Shown piece after piece: positions 41,850 to 56,711 of a stretch of DNA of 64,000 bases. The notes beneath the pieces were generated by a model. The model saw only the letters and a list, made by a program, of their open reading frames with translations. It had not been told where the DNA came from and did not search any database. The translations under genes and the position numbers were made by a program. Position 1 is the stretch's first letter, and each line of letters begins with the position of its first letter. The stretch spans positions 26,970,001 to 27,034,000 of the forward strand of contig OX597834.1 of assembly GCA_951406725.2 (NCBI GenBank), read 5' to 3'. This stretch comes from Octopus vulgaris (Eukaryota).

Positions 41850-42200
41850 TTTATACACAATTCGAACAAGGGCGGAGATACATAAATCCTACCCGTAACT
41901 GTCCGGTTGGTCCACCTGGGCTCAGGTCAGACACACAGTGCCAAAAAGGGTGCCAGAGAAAGCAGTCACTATTCTGTAAACAGATAGATCGATGCGTGCA
42001 ATAAAAATCGATAAGAGTGGCCGTCGCAGATCGAACGTCCGGGATGTGATGTATAGATCGATAGTGCAAACTTTATGTGTCCGGTACGTGATGTCCTAAA
42101 GCTGAACGAGCGGGTCGGATCTGTCACCCGTATATTTGGGACGGAAGTTCGGTGGTAACGCGTAAAGTATTGTGGGTTGCATGGAACTGGACATAGTACT
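41850..42200 (-). promoter_or_regulatory. CpG-rich unique segment upstream of the candidate first coding exon; possible 5'UTR exon or proximal regulatory region
   Basis: Non-repetitive and CpG-enriched; donor-like acgg|gtagga near 41892; ETS-like ACGGAAGT at 42141-42148; 32-codon uORF from ATG 42194. Confidence 0.3.
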
Positions 42201-43105
42201 GTAGTAAGTTTAGTATAGTAAGTTTAGAGTAGTATGGTGCAATTATGAAATGAAGTATAAAGATGCTGTTTACTATAGAATATGCCAGAATAACGTACGA
42301 TATAGAATTATATTATGTGGTATATTCTGATATCGTGTAAAACTGAGCTGTACAATGTGAAAGTAAGAGAAGTAGTAGCATGATAGAGTGAGATACTATA
42401 AAATTATAAAGTATAGTACACAACACGATAGTATTGTTAACTACAGAGCAGTTTTGTATAAATAGTGCAGTGCAACAGTGTATAGTAGAATAGTTTAACA
42501 GGCTATACTATAGTATAAGAGAGTACACTATAGTGTTGTAACGTACTGTTGCACTGAAGTACATTGTAATTGTGTTTTGTATTGTATTATAGTATATTAC
42601 TATATAGTATCGTGCTGTAAAAAACCCCAACTATTTTGTAAAGTACAGTGTAATATATAGTTTAGTGGTGTACAATACAATGCAAGCGTGAAATAGTAAA
42701 GTGATGTTTAGTGAAATAGAGTACAAGCATAGAAAAATATATAGTAGAGTAGCGTAGAGTGAAATGGAGTACAAATGTAGAAAAATATAGTAAAGTAGCG
42801 TAGAGTCAAACAGAGTACAGAAATAGAAAAATATAGTATAGGAGCGTATAATGAAATAGAATACAGATGTAGAGTGATTTAGAACTGTAGTGTAGCGTAA
42901 AATAGAGCACGGGTGTTATATAGTGTACACTGAATAAGTTTTTGCACAGAACTGTGGAGTGCTGCATAAATTTAGTAATGTAGTATAAATAATAAACATA
43001 GTGTTGTGTTGTATGATTGTGTAAAGTACAGTAAAATATAGTATAGCAGAGTATAGTTTAGTGTAGTTTGGTACAGTGCTGTATGGTAGAGTATATAGTA
43101 CTGGC
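42195..43105. repeat. Degenerate pentanucleotide (TAGTA/ATAGT)n tract with local ~46-bp sub-repeats
   Basis: Pervasive 5-bp periodicity; GTGAAATAGAGTACA..TAGAAAAATATAGTA repeated at 42710-42865. Confidence 0.75.
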
Positions 43106-43325
43106 TACGGTAAAGTCCTGTCTCTGTAGAGAATGTTTTCCAAGAGAGAAGTCGATCAGCTGTGCGCATACTCTGCGTAAAATGACTGTTTTGACGTACC
43201 TCGATGCCTCATCTATAGACATGGCATTTTTATCTCTCCTTCTCTGTATATTTATATGTGAGGGTGAGTGAGTGAGAGAAAGAGAATGAAAGTGAACGAG
43301 AGTGAGAGTGAGAGGGAGAGTATAT

Positions 43326-43356
<31 letters not shown>

Positions 43357-43669
43357 AGAGTGAGGAGGAGCAGTGCGCGTAAGAGTGAGTTAAGTGTGCG
43401 CACGCACGAATCTTTTGTGTGCGTGTGTGCGTGCGTACGTAAGTTCTTGCAAGTAGGCGAGAATTTATGAATGAACAGTTAGTTGACTGTGAAAGACAAT
43501 TGACGCTATGTGTGCGTGTGAGTGTGTGTGTGCGTGTGTGTACGTGTGTATGTGTATTTGTGTGTATTTGTGTGCGTATATGCTGATGGTTGTAATGGTG
43601 GTGGTGGTGGTGGTGGTGGTGGTGATAGTGGAGTAGGGTTAACACGGCTGATAGATGCAGAAAGAGTTA

Positions 43670-44027
<358 letters not shown>

Positions 44028-44342
44028 ATGAGAGAGATAGAAAAGGAAAAGGAAAGATAAAGAGAATGAGGAAAAGAAAGAGAAAGTGAATGTGTAAGAT
44101 GGAGCTAGGGATTGTAAAAAGAGAGAGAGAGAGAGGAAGAGGAGAGAAAGGAAGGGAGAAAGAAGAAATCGCGAAAGAGGGAAAGAAAGAAAAAGAAGGA
44201 AACTAATGAGAGAAAGACAAAGAGGGAGTAAGGTAGGACAGGGATAAGGTGAGAGATAAATAGATAGAGAGAGAGGTGATAGAGGGAGAGAGTAGAGAGA
44301 AAAAGAGACAGGTAGACGGAGACAATAATAAAATGATGGTTA

Positions 44343-44750
44343 TAGGCGCAGGAGTGGCTGTGCGGTAAGTAGCTTGTTTACCAGCCACACGGTTCCGGGT
44401 TCAGTCCCACTGCGTGGCACCTTGGGTAAGTGTTTTCTACTATAGCCTCGGGCCGACCAATACCTTGTGAGTGGATTTGGTAGACGGAAATTGAAAGAAG
44501 CCCGTCGTATATATGTATATATAGATATGCATGTGTGTGTTTGTGTATCTGTGTTTGTCCCCCTAGCATTGCTTGACAACCGATGCTGGTGTGTTTATGT
44601 CCCCGTTAACAAGCGGTTCGGCAAAAGAGACCGATAGAATAAGTACTGGGCTTACAAAAGAAAAAGTCCCGGGGGTCGAGTTGCTCGATTAAAGGCGGTG
44701 CTCCAGCATGGCCGCAGTCAAAATGACTGAAACAAGTAAAAGAGTAAAAG
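44343..44750 (+). mobile_element. SINE family A, full length
   Basis: Complete head to GTAAAAGA tail. Confidence 0.9.
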
Positions 44751-45618
44751 ATTAAAATAGTAAAGATATTACTTTGTCCCCCCCCCCTACCTCCCACAAA
44801 AAAAAAAAAAAAAAAAAGGTAGCGAGCATTCCGGTCTGCTAAAAAGTTTCTGATAGACTGAAGGAATAAGTTATGAGTTAAGAAACTTGTCTAACAGTAA
44901 AACTTCCAACGATCTCGTCGTTTCTTTTTCTTTTCTTTTACACTTTCTGTTCGTCCATTTGCATTTTATAAAGCAAACTATGTGTGCCTGAGTGTGTCGA
45001 TGTGTGTGTGTGTGTGCGTATGAAGATGTGTGTGTGTGAGTGTATTTGTTTGTGTGTGAGTGAATTGCATGGAGGCAATTCCCTGATGCGTTCCTTAAAA
45101 AAAACAAAAACAAAAACAAACCCCAAATAAACAAAAACTGAAAATAAATATAAACAAAACAAATACAAAAACAATCCATTCGATTGGATATCTACCAGTT
45201 GTCTGTGTGTCCGCCAACGGGTCAAAGTTAAGGGATATTCCATTCTCCCCCTCCACTCTTCCCTTCCGTAATTCTTCGCATCAGCTGACAGCCTAGTTTC
45301 TCTTTATCTCTCTCACTCTCTCTCCCTCCCTCTGACTATCTGTCTGTCTGTCTGTTTCTCTCGCTCTCACTCTCTCTCTCTCTCATTTTCGCAGAATGGG
45401 TGAAGAATTCTTAGGAATTGTTAAATAAATAAACACATGATAAACAATAAATAATTATATACAAAAAAAATGTAAACAAGTGAAGAATGGGAATCCTTCC
45501 CATCTCAACACACCCCTCCCCACCGCCGCCATAAAATTCCGACACAAACTTTCCAAGATGTAGCAACGATAATCATAGGAATAGTCCCAGAATGGTCATT
45601 TTTAATATGCGCAAACAT

Positions 45619-45692
<74 letters not shown>

Positions 45693-45903
45693 GTTCAAGA
45701 TAAGAAAATGGAGAAATACATCGAAATCAAATATCAATTACCAGATAATACTCAATCACATACTTTATTAAACCACCACATAAGAAACTATAAGGTTAAG
45801 CATAAAAAAAGTAGGACAAAACAGTGTACATAAAGGGGTGTATATAAAAGAGTAATGTTATACAATAAGTAGAATATATATAAGAGAATATAAATATAAA
45901 TAA

Positions 45904-45970
<67 letters not shown>

Positions 45971-46282
45971 TATGTATATACACACATACACTCCCCTACG
46001 TGCGCGCACACACACACATGGATGCACACATACTCTTAAACGACAATATCATTGATAGTGACCTCGAAGTTTTGGCCAGTTAAGCCGTCGTCGGACTGCA
46101 ATGCCTTGAAGATACTGTTGGCTTTATATACTCTGTCTTTCTGCCTGTCTGCCTATCAGCCTGACTGTCTGTCTCTGCATATATATATATTCCATCAGCA
46201 TTGCCCAAATGATGTTGGCATCACCTTTAGTACATGCTTCTCAAAAATCGCACTCTCATCTCATAACAACAATCGCACAATA

Positions 46283-46323
<41 letters not shown>

Positions 46324-46403
46324 TATTGCCCAAATTCTGACTTGAAAGACTTCACCAGGTGGTGCTATTGTTAGACATGGCTGGGATTAGGGTATCAAAG
46401 TAA

Positions 46404-46462
<59 letters not shown>

Positions 46463-46814
46463 TAACTTAGGATTAGGTGGAGTTAGGGTTAAGGGGTAGG
46501 TGGTTAGGGAGAAACAAATGCGAAATGTTAAGAAAGTTTATTGCAACGAAGTAAAAGATTATGTATGTGCGTACGTACGTAAGTAGGTTTGTATGTATGC
46601 ATGTATGTATGTATTTATGTATGTATGTATGTATGTATGTATGTATGTATGTATGTATGTATGTATGTATGTATGTATGCATGTATGTATGTATGTATGT
46701 ATGTATGTATGTGTATGTATGTATGTATGTATGTGTGTGTGTGTGAGTATAACTGTATATTCACACACACATATACCTACATAGACGCAAAAACAGTCAC
46801 ACCAGTATTACATC

Positions 46815-46845
<31 letters not shown>

Positions 46846-46885
46846 TGTATGTATGTATGTATGTATGTATGGATGGATGGATGCA

Positions 46886-46929
<44 letters not shown>

Positions 46930-46970
46930 TGCACAACAGCAACAGCGGCAGCGTAAGTAACATTCCCTTT

Positions 46971-47366
46971 TCTCTTTTACTTGTTTCAGTTATTTGACTG
47001 CGGCCAAGCTGGAGCACACCTTCTTAGTCGAGCAAATAGCCCCCCAGGACTTATTCTTTGTAAGCCTAGTACTTTTTACTATCGATCTCTTTTGCCGAAC
47101 CGCTAAGACACGGGGACGTAAACACACCACCACCGGTTGTCAAGCGATGACGGAGGACAAACACAGACACACAAAGATACGCACACACACACATATACAT
47201 ATATATATATGATGGGCTTCTTTCAGTTTCCGTGTACCAAATCCACTCACAAGGCTTTGGTCGGCCCGAGGCTATAGTAGAAGACACTTGCCCAAGGTGC
47301 CACGCAGTGGGAATGAACCCGGGACCATGCGGTTGGTAAGCAAGCTACTTACCACACAGCCACTCC
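46971..47366 (-). mobile_element. SINE family A, near full length
   Basis: Matches the other copies on the minus strand. Confidence 0.9.
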
Positions 47367-47476
47367 AATTTTTTTTCGTCTGCAGTTATCATCTTTGTAC
47401 AGTCAACCCGGTCTTTGAGAAATTCCGATTGACAGATAAGCATGAAGAACCCCTTCCCCCATTCTCTCTCTCTATG

Positions 47477-47535
<59 letters not shown>

Positions 47536-47629
47536 TTCTCCTTCTCCTGTCTCAGAGAAACTTTTCAAACAATATCTAAGTTTATTGCTAGTCCTGGAGC
47601 CAGACCAAATTTAAAGCAGTGCAGTTCCT

Positions 47630-47646
47630 TTCTGCTGCTGCTGCTG

Positions 47647-47706
<60 letters not shown>

Positions 47707-48023
47707 GTTGCTTATTTTATTCGAGTTTGCTTTTGTTTTTTTGGGGGTGAGTGGCAGGCATGGAATGTTCTCCTACTTCGAATGACACTATCGATAATGA
47801 TTTTGGACGATAATGGTGGTAGTGGTAGTGGTGGTAGTCGTGGTGGTGGTGGTGGTGGTGGTGATGACGATGACGATAATGATGATAATGATGATGATGG
47901 TGATGATGATGATGATGATGATGATGTTGATATATCTACGACGACCACGACGGTGTCAATAGTGACGGTATTGAAGATGACAATCATGATGATAATGATG
48001 GTGATGGATGATGGTGATGACGT

Positions 48024-48087
<64 letters not shown>

Positions 48088-48518
48088 AATGATACCTGCA
48101 ACGGCTGCTGCTGCTGCTGCTGTCGTTGTTCTCTGTGACGGTGCAGGTGCCGGCGTTGTCAATGCTGCTGCTTGCAGCCTCTGTTGATGTAAACTACCTG
48201 CTCTGCCATGAGTCTGCTGCTGTCAGCGCCATCCTTATCGTCCGTCGTCATTGTCATCATCGTCGTCAATGTCATTGTCGTCATCGTCTTTGTCGACATT
48301 TGCTGATTATGACGTCCATAGATCCATCAATCCATTCATCCAGCCAGTTAGCCATCCACCCATCCATCCACCCATCCATCCATCCATCCATCCATTCATT
48401 CATTCATTCATTCATCCATTCATTAATTCATTCATCCACGACACCCCAACCACGACCACCTCCACCTCCACCGCCACCATCAACAGCACCACGCGTCACC
48501 GCAACTTTATAATGACCA

Positions 48519-48565
<47 letters not shown>

Positions 48566-48569
48566 TTGC

Positions 48570-48603
<34 letters not shown>

Positions 48604-48729
48604 TGTGTGACAGCCGAGACGACTGGACACCATCGCCTGGTTTAGCCAACACCACTTTACCACCACCACCACCACCACCATCATCATCATTATCATCATC
48701 ACCATCATCATCATCACTATCGTCACCAC

Positions 48730-48761
<32 letters not shown>

Positions 48762-48775
48762 ATTATCCTCATCCG

Positions 48776-48826
<51 letters not shown>

Positions 48827-49660
48827 AATCGTCATCGTCATCATCATCATCACCACCACCACCACCACCACCACCTTCCAATGCAGTCGGAATCCCTAAA
48901 TCCTCGCCGGTATCACGTTTGGTTTCGTCATCGTTCACGTCATCAGCTCTTGACAGGCTTTTGCTGGGCAACGCTGACACTAAATACTAACGCATAACAG
49001 TGTTGTTGTACAACTGTGACGACGATGAAGACAGCAAGCAACAGTGATCCACCGTCACAACCGCCAGCATCACTTAGCATCACCACCACCACAACCACCA
49101 CTACCACCACCACCACCACAGGCTCTAGCCATCACCACCATCGCCGCCACAAAACCACAACGCAATCGCGAATCCCCCCCCCCCCCCCCAAGACAATAGC
49201 AGTACCAGCAACATTGCAACCACCACCACCACCACCACCACCGGCTCTAGCCATCACCACCACCACCACCACCACCGGCTCTAGCCATCAGCACCACCAC
49301 CACCACCGGCTCAAAACCACAACCGCAATCGCGACCCCCAAAGACAATAACAGTACCAGCAACATTGCAACCACCACCACCACCACCACCACCACCACCA
49401 CCACTACTACTACCACCACCACCACTACCACCACCACCATCATCATCATCAACAACAGCAACAACGCCAACCAACATCATCTCCATCAACCTTACTACTA
49501 CCACCGCCACACAATCTGCACCCACCAGCACCCTCACCCTCACCACCGCCACCACCACCACCACCACCACCACTGCTAAGAACCACCATGGCCACCGGCA
49601 ATAGCACTAGCATCAACAACATGAACCACCCAACACCGCCACCACCGCCACCACCGCCCA
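47630..49660. repeat. Compound trinucleotide field (CTA, GAT/CAT, CAC, CTG)
   Basis: Direct inspection; ~100-bp unit duplicated at 49121-49225 and 49277-49375. Confidence 0.95.
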
Positions 49661-49847
49661 CAACAGCCGCAGTCCTTGCAGCATCAGGGATACCATTGTG
49701 AAGCTGCAAACCACCCATGCAGTCATAGTGTCTGTCTGTCTGTCTGTCTGTCTGTCTGCCTGTCTGCCTGTCTGTCTATCTTTCACTCTGTCAGTCTCCC
49801 TGTCTCTCTTCCTGTGTGCCTGTCTCTCGTTCTCTCTGTCTTTCTTT

Positions 49848-49884
<37 letters not shown>

Positions 49885-49909
49885 TCTCTCTACCTGTATG
49901 TCTTTCTTT

Positions 49910-49945
<36 letters not shown>

Positions 49946-50074
49946 CTGTCTGTCTTTCTTTCAATCTCTCCCTCTCTCTCTCTCTCCCTCTCTCTCTACC
50001 TGTATGTCTTTCTTTCAATCTCTCTCTCTCTCTTTCTCTCTCCCTCTCTCTCTACCTGTATGTCTTTCTTTCAA

Positions 50075-50105
<31 letters not shown>

Positions 50106-50711
50106 CCAATTTCCACTTATCATTCCTCACGCATTATCTCCCCTTACAATCTCTTACGTAGACAGGAGTTCTCCTTCTCTCCCTCTCTTCCTTTCTATCT
50201 CCCCCTCTCTCTCTCTCTCCCTCTCTCTCTCTCTCTCTTTCTCTTTCTCTCCTCTATGTCATCCATTTAGCGACAACTGACAACGACAGCTGAAAACAGC
50301 AGCAGCAGCGGCAACAATGACGCCATCACCACAACCAGCACCACCACCACCATCAGCCTCACCAACATAGCTACCATCCTCCACCAGCTCCACCACCACC
50401 ACCACCACCCCTACAACCAGCATCAGCAGCATCAACAATATGGCTAACTTCATACTCCACTACGCAGATCGACCCTATCTTCCATCACTAGTACCCTTAT
50501 CACCAGCGTCATAACGTCATCGGTGACAACAGCAGGCAGCACTTGCGACATCAAGGGCAGACAACTTAACGGATAACACTATCTTATCATACTCAAGTAA
50601 ACTATTACTTTCGTTTTCGAAATGAACGGTTCTTTTTTTATTTATATTTTTATTTCGTTTTCGCAAACGTCATATATTTGTCATTTGACGTATGAATGGA
50701 TTTCTATATTA

Positions 50712-51185
50712 TATACATACATACATACATAAATAAATACATACATGCATACATACATACACACATACATACATACATACATACATACATACATACGTAC
50801 ATACATACATGCATACATACATACATACATACATACATACATACATACATACATACATACATACATAAATACATACATGCATACATACATACATACATAC
50901 ATACATACATACATACATACATACATACATAAATACATACATACATACATACATACACACATACATACATACATAAATACATACATACATACATACATAC
51001 ATACATGCATGCATACATACATACATACATACATACATAAATACATACATACATACGTACATACATACATACATACATAAATACATACATACATACATAC
51101 ATACATACATAAATACATACATACATACATACACACATACATGCATACATACATACATACATACATACATACATACATACATACA

Positions 51186-51255
<70 letters not shown>
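50712..51255. repeat. (CATA)n then (TA)n microsatellite
   Basis: Direct inspection. Confidence 0.98.
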
Positions 51256-51260
<5 letters not shown>

Positions 51261-51327
51261 ATATGTATGCATGTATACATATGTATCTGTATGTATGTAC
51301 AGATATGTAAGTGCGTGTGTATATACG

Positions 51328-51490
51328 CTTTTACTCTTGACTCTGGCCATGCTGGAGCACCACCTTTAGTCGAGCAAATCGACCTCAGGATTTATTCTTT
51401 GAAAGCCTAGTACTTATTCTATCAGTCTCTTTTGCCGAACCGCTATGTTACGGAGACGCTAAGTGACGGGGACGTATATATTATTTATGT

Positions 51491-51569
<79 letters not shown>

Positions 51570-51893
51570 GGTGCAGGACTGGCTGTGTGCTAAGTAGCTT
51601 GCTTACCAACCACATAGTTCTGGGTTCAGTCCCACTACGTGGTACCATGGGCAAGTGTCTTCTACTATATACTTATATATTTATGCATATAAGTATGTAT
51701 GTATAGAGGTATGTATGTATATGTTTGTTTGTCTGTGTTTGTCCCCCACCCCATCGCTTGACGATCGATGTGTTTCCGTCCCTGTAATTTAGAGGTTTGG
51801 CAACAGAGATCGATAGATTAAGTACCAGGGGTCCGGGCCAATTTGTTCGACTAAAGGCGGTGCTCGAGCATGGCCGCAGACAAATGAATGAAA
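51328..51893. mobile_element. Two SINE family A pieces in inverted orientation (51328-51475 minus, 51568-51893 plus) around (TA)n
   Basis: GGCCATGCTGGAGCACC..TTTAGTCGAGCAAAT versus ATTTGTTCGACTAAAGGCGGTGCTCGAGCATGGCC. Confidence 0.8.
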
Positions 51894-52519
51894 TAAATAA
51901 ATAAATGAATACACACACGCGTTTATATATGTATGTATGTATACAATTACACAAATGTACATATCTGGGCACTTGGGTAGGTTTATTGTATTTATATACA
52001 TAGATACATGTGCATGTGTATGTGTATATGTATGTACACGTGGTGCAAAGTAGGCCACACAGTTTAGAATTTCTCTATGTAATCTTTTGGTCCCGGATTA
52101 GATTCTGCTGCATGGAATCACCACGATGTGTTGTGTGTGTGTGTGTGTGCGTGCGTGTCTCTGTACGTATGTGTGTGTGTGTGTGTATATGTGTGTTTAT
52201 GCATACAATATTGTCACACGAAGTGTCATGCCGGTTCTGCTCGCAGGACTATGTTAAAGATTTAAAAAAAAAACCTTCGCGGGATACTCAACCATGAGAA
52301 GTAGTACTGGTGATCGAACAACTGAAATAGTCATCGTGGAATCCAACGGGGGATCCTTCTATTCAATAAGTATGTCTGTTCTTGTGTTATAAGTGTTTGT
52401 AAATACAAACACATTATCGATGTGTCAGTGTATATATTTCGATAGGAAGGAATATACATGAGTGTAATTACAAAATTGATGCATATAGAAACACACATAT
52501 ATGTATGAATGTATGTGTG

Positions 52520-52584
<65 letters not shown>

Positions 52585-52958
52585 CTATCTATCAACGGGT
52601 ATGTATATAAAAGTATATATATAATAACTTAGAATAACTTGGAAAGGTTTTGGCCAGTATTGGCCCAGGCCATGTCTAACTTAATAGCACCACCTGGCGA
52701 AGTCTTTCAATTCAGGATTTGGGCACCGAGGCCCATTCGAGCAGAGAGTTATTGTTTGTGGAGACATATCCGGGTGTGGGTGGTTTGTCCGGGACTGTTT
52801 GCATATATATATATATATATACATATGCATTTACGTACATATATTATATACACAAATATATATATATATATATATACTAAGCAATTAAGGGTTTAGCAAC
52901 GAATTGCCTTACCGCACACCGAATTTAGAAATAGCAGTCAAAGAGATTATAGCTATTT

Positions 52959-53043
<85 letters not shown>

Positions 53044-53153
53044 TAATATGTATAGGGGTATGCATATGTATTTTTATATACATGCATATAGATATATCGC
53101 AGATAAAAACTTTGATGTAAATAAATACACATACTCTTATGCATACATGCATG

Positions 53154-53230
<77 letters not shown>

Positions 53231-53638
53231 AAATATATATGTATATACATGCATATATGTTTGTATGTATGTATGTATACTCATAAACATACTTATAGAC
53301 ATGTATACGTACGAATATAAAACACACAGTACGGCGGAGAGTAAATAAAAAATATAGTGTCTGATGTACAGCAAGATGTGATGGACACGGCTGGAATGCT
53401 TTTTATCATAACTCTGCTTGTATAGGGATAGCCTGGAGCTAAAATATAACAATATCAACAAGAGCAAAAACTCTACTTCCCCCCTCTCTCTCTGTTTCTC
53501 TCAACCTCTCCCTCTGCCCCTCTCTCTAAGTAACTTCCATTTGACTCCTGTCACTGAAATTTATCTCTCCTCTCAACATAGACTGGTTGCACTATATCAT
53601 GGTTTTTTTTTTATCTGCTATTAAATTCTATTTAAATG

Positions 53639-53703
<65 letters not shown>

Positions 53704-53762
53704 CATATACATATATATATATATATATGTATGTATTATATATATACATACATATATATATA

Positions 53763-53823
<61 letters not shown>

Positions 53824-53934
53824 ATATATGTATATACAAACATATATATATGTATGTATGTGTTTATATATAAGGCACAAAAAATTACTCTCCCCAGACA
53901 CAACAGAATGTGTATATATATATATACATATATG

Positions 53935-53977
<43 letters not shown>

Positions 53978-54289
53978 ATGTATGCGTGTGTATGTGTGCG
54001 TGCGTGTGTGTGTATGTATTTATATATATGTAACGTATGTATAAACACACACACACACACACACACACAAATATATATACACACAGATATACATATGATT
54101 GTCTGATTGTCTGTTTGCTGCTATTTCTAACCAGTGGAATGATCGCACAGAAGCTCATTAAGCAAGAATAGTCTTTGGTAACAATCACATCTGGCTTTGT
54201 CACAAGGAGAGCAGTTTTTAAGGGAGAGGTTTAGTTCGATGCCATCGACCCCTGTTCTTGACTATTGTTCATGTAAAATACTAAGGTAA

Positions 54290-54933
54290 ACATTCTTTTC
54301 TACTCTAGACAGGAGGCCCGAAATTTGGGGGGAAGTGGACCAGTCGATAAGATCGACCCCAGTACGCAACTGGTATTTATTTTATTGACCCCGAAAAGAT
54401 GGAATTCGAACTCTGAACGTAAAGACAGACGAATACCCCTAAGTATTTCGCCCAGCATGCTAACGCTTCATATTTCTTATTTCTTTACTGCTCACAATGG
54501 GCTACACACAGAGGGGACAAACAAGGACAGACAAAGGGATTAAGTCGATTACATCGACCCCAGTGGGTAACTGGTACTTAAATTTATCGACCCCGAAAGT
54601 ATGAAAGGCAAAGTCGATCTCGGCGGAATTTGAACTCTGAACGTAAAAACAGACGAATACCCCTAAGTATTTCGCCCGGCATGCTAACGTTTCATATTTC
54701 TTATTTCTTTACTGCTCACAATGGGCTACACACAGAGGGGACAAACAAGGACAGACAAAGGGATTACGTCGATTACATCGATCCCAGTGGGTAACTGGTG
54801 CTTAAATTTATCGACCCCGAAAGTATGAAAGGCAAAGTCGATCTCGGTGGAATTTGAACTCTGAACGTAAAAACAGACGAATACGCCTAAGCATTTCGCA
54901 CGGCGTGCTACCGTTTCTCCCAGTTCACCGCCT
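54290..54933 (-). mobile_element. Tandem trimer of SINE family B (224-bp period)
   Basis: CTCTGAACGT at 54411, 54635 and 54859; second and third units nearly identical. Confidence 0.85.
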
Positions 54934-55105
54934 TACTGAAGTAGATATTATTAAATCCAGAGGAATGAAAATAAATTTGACATCAGCAACATTTGAACTG
55001 AGAGCATAAAGAGCCGGACCAATTACCGGTAAATCATTTTTTCCGGCAATCTCCCAATGATGTCGACAGCGACGTCTGCGGCGTTTGCGCCTCCGCAAGT
55101 ATGGT

Positions 55106-55318
55106 AATGATGATGATGATGATGATGACGACGACGACGACGACGACGACGAAGACGACGACGATGACGATGATGATGATGATGATGATGATGACGACGA
55201 CGACGACGACGACGACGAAGACGACGACGATGACGATGATGATGATGACGATGATGATGATGATGATGATGATGATGACGACGACGACGACGACGACGAT
55301 GATGACGACGACGATGAC

Positions 55319-55366
<48 letters not shown>

Positions 55367-55487
55367 GGTGATGATGATGATGATGATGATGATGGTGATG
55401 ATGATGCCGACAACGACGTTGACAACGGCGGCGATGTTGATGACAATGAAGATCACGATCTTGATATTGATATTGACGATGATGATG
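55106..55487. repeat. (GAT/GAC)n microsatellite
   Basis: Direct inspection. Confidence 0.97.
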
Positions 55488-55544
55488 TTGCCCTATCGAT
55501 TCTGCCCCCACCCCCGCCACTGTCTTAGCCTGTGGTAATAATGA

Positions 55545-55730
55545 TTCTTGATTTGGGCACAAGGCCAGCAATTTCCGAGGAGATTGCGGATTATTCGATT
55601 ACGATTCGGGAGACACGAGTTGTAAGGGTGACCTTGGCGGAATTTGCTCTGCGAACGTTAAAGAGCCGAAGCAAATTCGCAAGTCATTTTGTCCGACGCC
55701 ACGCTAGCGATTCTGCCCGCACACCGCCCA
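55545..55730 (-). mobile_element. SINE family B, diverged
   Basis: GGCACAAGGCCAGCAATTT..GACCTTGGCGGAATTTG..GCTAGCGATTCTGCC. Confidence 0.7.
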
Positions 55731-56073
55731 AGTCTGTAACAATAATGGTATATATATGATGCTGCATTTCCTAGAGAAGAGATCAGTCTTTTTTTCTTCT
55801 TTGGAATGTCGGTCTTAAAGCTAGAATTGGAATTAGAAACGCTCAATAGGAGAATGAAGTTCCGACGAAGTTCCTTTAAATTCGTTTGTTCCGAGTTAAG
55901 TGGATCAGCTACTATCGATTTGTAGCGTCTTATAAGCCACATCAATGCACTTAACTTTTTATTTGATCTCTGCTGATCTGAGGTTTTCTTTCGGTTGAGA
56001 AGATCGGTCTTAGTTATATTGACCTTATCGCTGTAAACTTGTTCAATATTCTTCCTGATAGATTTGCTTAGAC
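55658..56073 (-). CDS. Orphan exon-like ORF (~138 codons), basic, unknown product; last ~24 codons run into a SINE head
   Basis: Acceptor-like cttttattctgaattcctccag|GT at 56074/56073 with an in-frame TGA just upstream. Frame is open LSKSIRKNIEQVYSDK...LMWLIRRYKSIVADPLN...KKKKRLISSLG to TAA at 55658, in AT-rich non-microsatellite DNA. No recognisable domain. Confidence 0.35.
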
Positions 56074-56711
56074 CTGGAGGAATTCAGAATAAAAGATAAA
56101 TTTCTTAAAAAGTTACCTAAGAAATGCAACAATGCGACGGCGGCTCAATTTGAAACCACAGTCCTTCAGTAAGCATGTCGTCCAATAACTTAATCCTCAT
56201 AACTATTTTAAAGTTCCTTCTTCAAGGAATAATTTTCTTTGGAAATACTGACTACAATGGATCACAGTCAGAATTTCTTATTCTGAGTTCTCAGTGGATC
56301 AGCTGAGTTTACCTGCTCCTGAATTAACGTGTAAGTGGTTGAAAATTCCACAGACATGTGAACCCTTAATGTAATTCTTGGAGGTGCGTGGCTTAATGGT
56401 TAGGGTGTTGGACTCATGATCGTAAGATTTTGGTTTCGATTCCTAGACCGGGCGACACGTTGTGTTCTTGAGCAAGCTACTTCATTTCATGCTGCTCCTA
56501 TCCACTCAGCTCGTAAAAATGAGTAATATCTTTACCATTTACTAATTCTGAATCAGAATTAACATGATACATGAGGCAGAATTAACATGTGGCTAGGCTG
56601 TGATTTTGAATTGCAGGTACAGTTCATCCGATTGATTTCCATCTCCCCAATTTCTCCCACAAAATATGGACCCACCTGAAGTTAGAGTAAAAGGGCACTT
56701 GCCCAAGGTCC

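Noticed and set aside
42128-42148. SRE (CArG plus ETS)
   Set aside because: CCGTATATTTGG does not fit CC(A/T)6GG; only the ETS-like half is canonical.
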